Positions 35,581 to 41,652 of a stretch of 41,652 nucleotides of DNA are shown here, piece by piece. The DNA lies in the NCBI GenBank assembly GCA_964444625.1, contig CAYUHZ010000002.1, positions 3,338 through 44,989 on the forward strand, read 5' to 3'. Source of the stretch: an uncultured Gammaproteobacteria bacterium. GTDB lineage: Bacteria; Patescibacteriota; Patescibacteriia; Patescibacteriales; GWC2-42-12. The stretch's first letter is position 1. Each line of letters opens with the position of its first letter. The position numbers and the translations under genes were made by a program. The notes under the pieces are model-generated. The model made no database searches. It was not told where the DNA came from and was given only the letters and a program-made list of their open reading frames with translations.

Positions 35581-35611
35581 AAAAAATCGGGTCCAGATTA
35601 TCCTGAGACCC
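35581..35611 (-). terminator. Intrinsic terminator of secA, ~255 nt after its stop codon
   Basis: On the minus strand: gggtc(t)cag - gataat - ctg gaccc stem-loop, followed by GATTTTTT. Confidence 0.65.
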
Positions 35612-35773
35612 AGAAATAACAACTTATTTTTCGTTTTTGGGAAATTCATATTTTTATTTCCCGCAATAATTCTCTCGTCCAGCAAGGACTGCTAAAATTA
35701 TATTAGCCCTAGCGCTATCGTCGGATTGAGGCGGATTAGATATTGATTTCATGCAGTTCCGACGGTTTTTTCG

Positions 35774-35814
35774 CTACTCCCCGCAAAACTTCTTGTATTT
35801 TTTTCCGCTGCCAC
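35774..35814 (-). repeat. Direct repeat copy of the last 41 nt of secA (zinc-finger tail plus stop), lying in the secA 3' UTR
   Basis: 35774-35814 versus 35865-35905 gives 37/41 identity, including a 34-nt block with one mismatch. The copy reads GSGKKYKKFCGE-stop, against secA GSGKKYKKCCGK-stop. Confidence 0.9.
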
Positions 35815-35864
35815 GCCCTCCTAAAAGCGTGCGAGACTCAAAATTTTCAAGCACCTACCGTGCA

Positions 35865-38738
35865 TTACTTTCCGCAACACTTCTTGTATTTTTTTCCGCT
35901 GCCACACGGGCAAGAGTCATTGCGGCCGATCTTATTCCCTTCTTTGTCTTTGGCTTTTTCTTTTACCAAATCAACGGTTTTCGGCTGATTGGAAGATGGC
36001 TCTTGCTTGAAAGCCGAAAATGACCCGCTTTGCTTGTCCATTTCCTTGGCCGGAGCGGAAAGCACTTGCTGTCGATCAAGCAGGCTGGGCGAGAAAAACT
36101 GTCCTGCTTCCGCAATTTTAAAAATGCTATAAGCCACTTCTTTCTGAATGAGGTTGTTCAATTCGCTGTACAACCGATAAGCTTCGCGCTTGTATTCCAC
36201 CAAGGGATCACGCTGGCCGTAACCGCGCAAACCAATGCCGCGCCGCATATAATCAATCGCTTCCAAGTGCTCAACCCACAGCAAATCAATCGATCTTAGC
36301 AAAACCGATTTTTCCACCTGTTGCCAGTCCAAGCCGACTTGACTGATCTTATCTTTGATCTGGCGATAATAATCATCGGCTAGAGCGGAAAATTTCTCAA
36401 TCATGGCGGTTCTCGCCATCACTTTATCCAATTTGCCCGAATCACCGGTCAGATCGGCAATATCTGCTTTGACTTGCTCGTTAACGGGGAAAATAGTAGA
36501 CATGACTTGATTGATTTCTGCGATATTCCACTCTCTCATTGATTCTGCCGCTGTATGAAAACTGACAACCTGTTCTATCTCGTCTTCCACCATTTCTAAA
36601 ATTATTTTTGATAAAGTTTTTTTGTCCTGATTTTCCGTGTTTTCGCCAGCGGAAGATTCATTGTCAAATCGATCTTCCATTGGCGACTCCAACCTCTCTG
36701 ACAGCTCCAAGATCTCTCTGCGCTTTTTATAGATGCCTTCGCGATGCTTATTCAAAACATCATCATATTCCAACAAGTGTTTGCGAGTATCAAAATTGTT
36801 GCCTTCAACCTTCTTTTGGGCTGATTCAATTGACTTGGAGATTATATTGTTTTCAATCGGCAAGTCTTCGGGCACGCGCAACGTCGCCATGATATTCTTC
36901 ATCCGGTCACCGCCGAAAATTCTCATCAAATCATCCTCCATGGAGACATAAAACTGGCTTGATCCGGGATCGCCCTGGCGCCCGGCGCGCCCGCGCAACT
37001 GATTGTCAATTCGCCTGGATTCATGGCGTTCGGTACCGATAATATGCAATCCGCCGCAAGCAAGCACCCGGGCCCGTTCCTCCGCCCACGCTTCGTGTTC
37101 AGGCGAATCTTTGGCCGGCTCTCTGCCGCCTAACATAATATCAACGCCGCGTCCAGCCATATTGGTCGCAATCGTCACTGCGCCAACCTTGCCGGCATCG
37201 GCAATGATCTGTGCTTCTTTCTCGTGGTGTTTGGCGTTGAGTATCTGGGGCTGAACTCCTTCGCGCTCCAGCATTTCCCCCAGCAATTCGTTTTTTTCAA
37301 TTGATATCGTGCCAACCAGCACCGGCTGTCCGGTCTGATGAAGGCGTTTGATTTCCTGGATTACCGCCTTGAACTTCCCCATTTCACTGCTGTAAATCAA
37401 GTCATTGAGATCAAGCCTGGACATTGGCCGGTTAGTGGGAATTATAATGGTATCCAAATTATAGATCTTATAAAATTCTTCCGCTTCGGTCACGGCCGTA
37501 CCGGTCATGCCGGCCAGCTTGCGGTACATGCGAAAATAATTCTGAAAAGTAACGGTGGCCATGGTCTGTGATTCGCGTTGGATCTTGACGCCCTCTTTGG
37601 CTTCAATCGCCTGATGCAATCCTTCGCTATAACGCCGTCCATGCATCAGACGTCCGGTAAATTCATCCACGATGATCACTTCGCCTTCCTTAACCACATA
37701 GTCACGGTCGCGCTTGAATAAAGTCATAGCCTTCAAGGCCTGTTCAATATGATGAACATCTCTCATGCCCCCTTCGGCATAGATATTTTTGACTCCCATC
37801 ATTTTTTCCAGCTTGGCGATTCCCGACTCGGTCAAAGTCGAGGCGCGCATCTTCTCGTCAATATTATAATCCTCATTCTCCGCTAGGTGTTCTACCAATT
37901 TGGAAAAAGTGTAATATTTATCGGTTGATTCTTCGGCAGCGGAACTGATAATCAAAGGCGTTCTAGCTTCGTCAATCAAGATTGAATCAACTTCATCCAC
38001 GATGGCGAAATTTAGCTCGCGCTGAACCATTTTGGCCAAATCAGGCGACATATTGTCGCGCAGGTAATCAAAACCGTATTCGTTATTCGTGCCATAGGTA
38101 ATATCTGCTTGGTACGCTTCTTTTCGGGAAACCTGCCTCATAATGTCTCCGGTTTGAGATTTAGAAATTTCTTCATTGGAATTTGAAAATTGAAAATTAT
38201 TTGCATTACCCAATAAATGAGCGGCTTCGTGGGTAATGCACCCGACAGATAATCCAAGAAAGCTATAAATCATTCCCATCCACTCTGCATCACGCCTGGC
38301 CAAATAGTCGTTGACCGTGATCACATGAACGCCGCGGCCGGTCAAGGCGTTAAGATAGACAGCCAAGGTGGCGACCAGTGTCTTGCCTTCTCCGGTGCGC
38401 ATTTCAGCGATCTGTCCGCGATGCAGCACTATTCCACCGATCAGCTGGACATCATAGTGGCGCTGGCCGAGCACGCGCTTGGCTGCCTCGCGCACAATCG
38501 CAAAAGCCTCGGGCAAAATTTCCTCTAATGCCGATTTTATCATTTCATCTTTGTTTTCTTCCTGGCTGGCTTCTATAGCCTTAAAAACGCCTTGATATTC
38601 AAAGGTTTTGGAGCGCAGATCCTCATTGCTTAAGTTGGAAAACATCTCTTCCAAACCGTTAATTTTCTCAACTAGCAAACTGAGTTCGCTTATTGTCTTT
38701 TCGTTTGGATCGCCGAAAATTTTACTAAAAAATCCCAT
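35865..38738 (-). CDS. secA: Preprotein translocase ATPase SecA
   Basis: 957 aa. MRTGEGKTLVA Walker A, DEVDSILIDEARTPLIIS, TNMAGRGVDI, and C-terminal CPCGSGKKYKKCCGK zinc motif. Confidence 0.98.
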   Translation of the reverse strand: MGFFSKIFGDPNEKTISELSLLVEKINGLEEMFSNLSNEDLRSKTFEYQGVFKAIEASQEENKDEMIKSALEEILPEAFAIVREAAKRVLGQRHYDVQLIGGIVLHRGQIAEMRTGEGKTLVATLAVYLNALTGRGVHVITVNDYLARRDAEWMGMIYSFLGLSVGCITHEAAHLLGNANNFQFSNSNEEISKSQTGDIMRQVSRKEAYQADITYGTNNEYGFDYLRDNMSPDLAKMVQRELNFAIVDEVDSILIDEARTPLIISSAAEESTDKYYTFSKLVEHLAENEDYNIDEKMRASTLTESGIAKLEKMMGVKNIYAEGGMRDVHHIEQALKAMTLFKRDRDYVVKEGEVIIVDEFTGRLMHGRRYSEGLHQAIEAKEGVKIQRESQTMATVTFQNYFRMYRKLAGMTGTAVTEAEEFYKIYNLDTIIIPTNRPMSRLDLNDLIYSSEMGKFKAVIQEIKRLHQTGQPVLVGTISIEKNELLGEMLEREGVQPQILNAKHHEKEAQIIADAGKVGAVTIATNMAGRGVDIMLGGREPAKDSPEHEAWAEERARVLACGGLHIIGTERHESRRIDNQLRGRAGRQGDPGSSQFYVSMEDDLMRIFGGDRMKNIMATLRVPEDLPIENNIISKSIESAQKKVEGNNFDTRKHLLEYDDVLNKHREGIYKKRREILELSERLESPMEDRFDNESSAGENTENQDKKTLSKIILEMVEDEIEQVVSFHTAAESMREWNIAEINQVMSTIFPVNEQVKADIADLTGDSGKLDKVMARTAMIEKFSALADDYYRQIKDKISQVGLDWQQVEKSVLLRSIDLLWVEHLEAIDYMRRGIGLRGYGQRDPLVEYKREAYRLYSELNNLIQKEVAYSIFKIAEAGQFFSPSLLDRQQVLSAPAKEMDKQSGSFSAFKQEPSSNQPKTVDLVKEKAKDKEGNKIGRNDSCPCGSGKKYKKCCGK

Positions 38739-38784
38739 ATAGCATAGAAAAACACGCTACGGCGCGTTTTTTCTTTTATTATAA

Positions 38785-39621
38785 TCATTTGTTAAATGCT
38801 TCTGCGGCTGACTTAATAGAATAATATACCTCATCTCTTGATTGATCGTCAACTATTGTTTTGTTTTTCTGGCTTAGTATTGCCAAAATTTTGGTTTTGG
38901 CCAATTTGTATTTTTGCGCAATCTCATCTTTTCCTTGAAAAGTGGCATATCTTGCAAAAGCCTCAAATTGAACCAGCAACTCGTCTAATATCTGAAACAA
39001 AACCGGATGTTCGCTTAAATCTTTGTTTTTCTTTTCTAACCATAACTCGGCCAAACCTTTAATGGTTTTGATTTCCGTCCCGACTACGGCGCGGGGAGTA
39101 TTTTTTAACTCGCCACGAAAATTCATATTATCAGAAATAAAATATTTGATATGCGCCAATTTGCCGCGATCAATTTCATATTTTATTCTGCCAAATTTCT
39201 TTTGCGTATCTTGGTTAAATGTGGCGTCAAGTGCCAAGGCTAAATAAGAAGCTGAGCGGTCTTGGCCAATAAATTCAACTACAGTGTCAACGCCGTTTTT
39301 TATATCATCAAAGCGCGAGGTTTTGATGGTGAAAGTATTGTTGCCAAACCATTCCGCCTGCTCGATTGATTCAAAAATAATCGCTTCCAAAATCGTTGAA
39401 AGCCTTAATAATTCTTTTTGCTCCTGGCTAAGTTGGCGTTCAAACAGAATCTCTTTTTTATCTACATAAACTTGGTCATTTTCAATGTTACTCGCGCCGT
39501 ATAAATCGCCAAAATCAGTAATTTTTATTTCATACTCGCTTAACAGCTTTTGCGCTTTTGCGTAAGCCAAATCAATGATTTGCTTCTGCTCTAAATTTCT
39601 CAATAATAAATTTTCTTTCAT
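38785..39621 (-). CDS. Hypothetical protein (278 aa), no family recognised
   Basis: Long ORF tightly packed between hpf (7-nt gap) and secA (46-nt gap). Soluble and charged, with no TM segment and no motif I can name. Confidence 0.7.
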   Translation of the reverse strand: MKENLLLRNLEQKQIIDLAYAKAQKLLSEYEIKITDFGDLYGASNIENDQVYVDKKEILFERQLSQEQKELLRLSTILEAIIFESIEQAEWFGNNTFTIKTSRFDDIKNGVDTVVEFIGQDRSASYLALALDATFNQDTQKKFGRIKYEIDRGKLAHIKYFISDNMNFRGELKNTPRAVVGTEIKTIKGLAELWLEKKNKDLSEHPVLFQILDELLVQFEAFARYATFQGKDEIAQKYKLAKTKILAILSQKNKTIVDDQSRDEVYYSIKSAAEAFNK

Positions 39622-39628
39622 AATATTG

Positions 39629-39958
39629 CTATCTTGCTTTATTTCTTTTCCTGTCTATTTGCTTCTCTTTGTACTTTTTTATAATCAGCGCCATATGATC
39701 CTTGGCTTTGTCAATAGATTTGGATAATTCTTTTTCAGTCTTCTCCACCCGCAACAACTCTCCGGGCACAGCTAGATTGATTTCAGTCCGGTAAATCTCC
39801 CCCTTATTGTGGTGCTTGGTGGTCATTTCCAATTCAACGTCAGCGTTAGTAATTGCTATTTTACCTAAAAACTTCTCCAGCATGTCCATTTTTTTCTGAA
39901 CATACTGTTTATTCTGATCGGTCAATTCAATGTTGCTAGCATGAATATTGATTTTCAT
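39629..39958 (-). CDS. hpf: Ribosome hibernation factor, short HPF/RaiA type
   Basis: Start taken at MKINIHASNIELTDQNKQYVQKK... with the typical HPF/YfiA N-terminus, giving ~109 aa. The ORF-track start at 39988 would overlap rseP. Confidence 0.88.
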   Translation of the reverse strand: MKINIHASNIELTDQNKQYVQKKMDMLEKFLGKIAITNADVELEMTTKHHNKGEIYRTEINLAVPGELLRVEKTEKELSKSIDKAKDHMALIIKKYKEKQIDRKRNKAR

Positions 39959-39968
39959 AATTTTTATT

Positions 39969-41198
39969 TTAATTGATAAATTTTTCAAAAATTTGCTTGA
40001 GCGAACTGAAGCGAAGAATGTCTTTCATGGTTACGAATGCCACCAGCGCCATCAATAAAATAAAGCCGATATTATGAGCCACCGCTTCCACTTCGCGCTT
40101 AACCGGCGCTCCTTTGATTTTCTCAATCAGCAAAAAAATAATCCTGCCTCCGTCCAGCGCCGGAATAGGCAAAAAGTTGATAATAGCCAAATTGAGAGAC
40201 AACAGGGCGGTAAACTGCATCAGATAAATCACTCCCATGCGGGCGACTTGGCCGGTTACCACCGCGATGCCGACAGGACCGGATAAATCAGCGCTCACTC
40301 CCTGTCCGAGCAAGAGGCCTTTGATCAATTGATAAAACGCCACCAGAATCGCCCAAATCAGAATAAAGGTGGCTTTAACGCCTTCCCAAATGGCTAAATA
40401 CCATGGATATTTGACTATGCCGGTTTCGATTATAGCGATGCCGACTCCGCCCTTGCCGGTTTCTTCAATCACTATTGGCGTAATTTCAAGCGACAATTCA
40501 TCATGGCCTCTCGCCAACTGGTAGGTTAACCGTTGGCCGACTCGCTGGTCAACGTAAGCTTGCAATTCGGTATAAGCTGAAAATACCACTCCATCAATTG
40601 ATTTGATTACATCACCCGCTTTCAGCTGGGCAACAGCCGCCGGCGAACCAGGCATCACCTGCATCACTTGGATTTTTTTATCAGTCACTTGCGCACGTCC
40701 GTTCAAACCGTCCAGGGACTGAGGCAGGCCGATCATCATGCCGATAATTATTATCACCATTGCCAGCAAAACGTTCATGCTAACGCCGGCCGAAAGAATA
40801 AGAGAGCGTTGCCACAGCGGACGAGAGCCGAAACTGTCAAGATCGGTTCCATGATCGCCGTTTTCGCCCTTGATTTTGACAAAACCTCCCAAAGGCAGCC
40901 AATTAAGCGAATAAACCGTACCGTATTGGCGATCTTCGTCCTTTAATTCCGCCGAACCCTTGATCCGGCGCCAGTTATATTTGCCGTTTAGGCTTCTTTC
41001 GCCCTCGGCAGTTGCCATAGCCGTCCCATCGCGATTTTTCTTGCGCCACAACTGAAACCCGATCGCCCGAGGCGGAAAACCAAAACCGAATTCTTCCACC
41101 CGCACGCCAAACCGACGAGCAGCCATAAAGTGGCCAAGTTCATGGACGAAAACCAAAACGGATAAAACTAAAATAAATACTATGATAGTTAATAACAT
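39969..41198 (-). CDS. rseP: RIP site-2 zinc metalloprotease (RseP/M50 family) with a PDZ domain
   Basis: 409 aa. HELGHFMAAR (HExxH), LPLGGFVKIKGE, a PDZ-like segment (GSPAAVAQLKAGDVIKSIDG), and NFLPIPALDGG. Confidence 0.93.
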   Translation of the reverse strand: MLLTIIVFILVLSVLVFVHELGHFMAARRFGVRVEEFGFGFPPRAIGFQLWRKKNRDGTAMATAEGERSLNGKYNWRRIKGSAELKDEDRQYGTVYSLNWLPLGGFVKIKGENGDHGTDLDSFGSRPLWQRSLILSAGVSMNVLLAMVIIIIGMMIGLPQSLDGLNGRAQVTDKKIQVMQVMPGSPAAVAQLKAGDVIKSIDGVVFSAYTELQAYVDQRVGQRLTYQLARGHDELSLEITPIVIEETGKGGVGIAIIETGIVKYPWYLAIWEGVKATFILIWAILVAFYQLIKGLLLGQGVSADLSGPVGIAVVTGQVARMGVIYLMQFTALLSLNLAIINFLPIPALDGGRIIFLLIEKIKGAPVKREVEAVAHNIGFILLMALVAFVTMKDILRFSSLKQIFEKFIN

Positions 41199-41339
41199 GT
41201 GATATTAATTTTTAATTTTTAAATAATTTTAAAATTTAATTTTAGCTGATTCAATAATTAACTCCATAACATAGTTTTCAATTTTAGACTGTAGATAAAT
41301 ACAAGTTTTTAAAAAGTTTTTATTCTTTTTTGTTCGCTT

Positions 41340-41384
41340 GCCATAGGTTGGGCGATAAATTCCGTTTATCGCCCAACCTATGGC
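41340..41384. repeat. Perfect 20-bp inverted repeat with a 5-nt spacer (45-nt palindrome)
   Basis: gccataggttgggcgataaa (41340-59), ttccg, tttatcgcccaacctatggc (41365-84). No T-tract on either side, so it is not a canonical terminator. Confidence 0.95.
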
Positions 41385-41431
41385 TGTTAAATAGGTTATT
41401 TAATCCTGTTTTTTCCTCGTTCTTTACATTC

Positions 41432-41647
41432 TTATGCCGTTTTTGGGACTAAAAGGTTGGTTATCCGTTTCAGGTTGACTGCCAGATAAATCATTAAATT
41501 ACGCAAGCGCACCCGCCAACGACCCCTATGTTTTGCTTTCTCCAGACCGTGCCGGTTCTTGCTTTCCGAGAATTTCTGCTCGACTTTGTAACGTTGGCAA
41601 TGAACTACCTCGGGGCAAGCCCACGAGGTATCCCAAGGAAAATTTTT
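41432..41647 (-). pseudogene. C-terminal remnant of a DDE transposase (IS5/IS1182-like)
   Basis: The minus frame reads ..QRYKVEQKFSESKNRHGLEKAKHRGRWRVRLRNLMIYLAVNLKRITNLL..-stop, the typical C-terminal block R..vE..F...K...G......G...V.....L.A.A.NLKR. An in-frame TAA at 41650-41648 and the absence of a start codon indicate a fragment or a frameshifted gene. Confidence 0.55.
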
Positions 41648-41652
41648 TTATT

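Noticed and set aside
1-41652. Alternative genetic code (UGA recoding, as in some CPR lineages), CRISPR arrays, and rRNA or tRNA genes
   Set aside because: All conserved genes are full-length under the standard code, and TGA is used as a stop (for example in dnaJ). No spaced direct-repeat arrays are present. None of the few intergenic regions longer than 150 nt contains a tRNA-like T-arm/acceptor pattern or rRNA-like sequence.

Overview
AT-rich, very gene-dense bacterial chromosome segment that uses the standard genetic code (long ORFs end in TAA, TAG or TGA). Gene content and architecture look like a small-genome Patescibacteria/CPR-type organism; that placement is inference only. Order along the window: (1) a DUF4258-like/DUF2283 small-gene pair and an isolated 2-oxoacid:ferredoxin oxidoreductase beta subunit. 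(2) rpoB-rpoC on the minus strand, divergent from secE-nusG-rplK-rplA on the plus strand, with no rplJ-rplL. (3) A compact thymidylate module: dCMP deaminase, a P-loop kinase, a Tmk-Dut fusion and a double-length ThyX, followed by gatB. (4) A long minus-strand run: miaA, miaB, dnaJ, DUF3467, dnaK, hsp20, DUF1653-GrpE fusion, and hrcA with a perfect CIRCE operator. (5) proS-mreB-mreC-mreD-PBP2, as transcribed on the minus strand. (6) A small accessory islet: an orphan MraZ/AbrB-like gene with a strong promoter and SD, followed by a ~370-nt GC-rich, ORF-poor, hairpin-dense region. (7) secA-secD-secF on the minus strand, an unknown 278-aa gene, hpf and rseP. (8) A 45-nt perfect palindrome next to a transposase C-terminal remnant. 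I recognised no rRNA, tRNA or CRISPR array. The most interesting points are the GC-rich candidate structured RNA beside the orphan MraZ-like gene, a SecD whose periplasmic domain carries parvulin-type PPIase modules, three unusual fusions or duplications (Tmk-Dut, DUF1653-GrpE, tandem ThyX with an altered RHR motif), and decayed duplicated copies of the secA 3' end in its 3' UTR. All family assignments come from motif recognition by eye. No database search was run.
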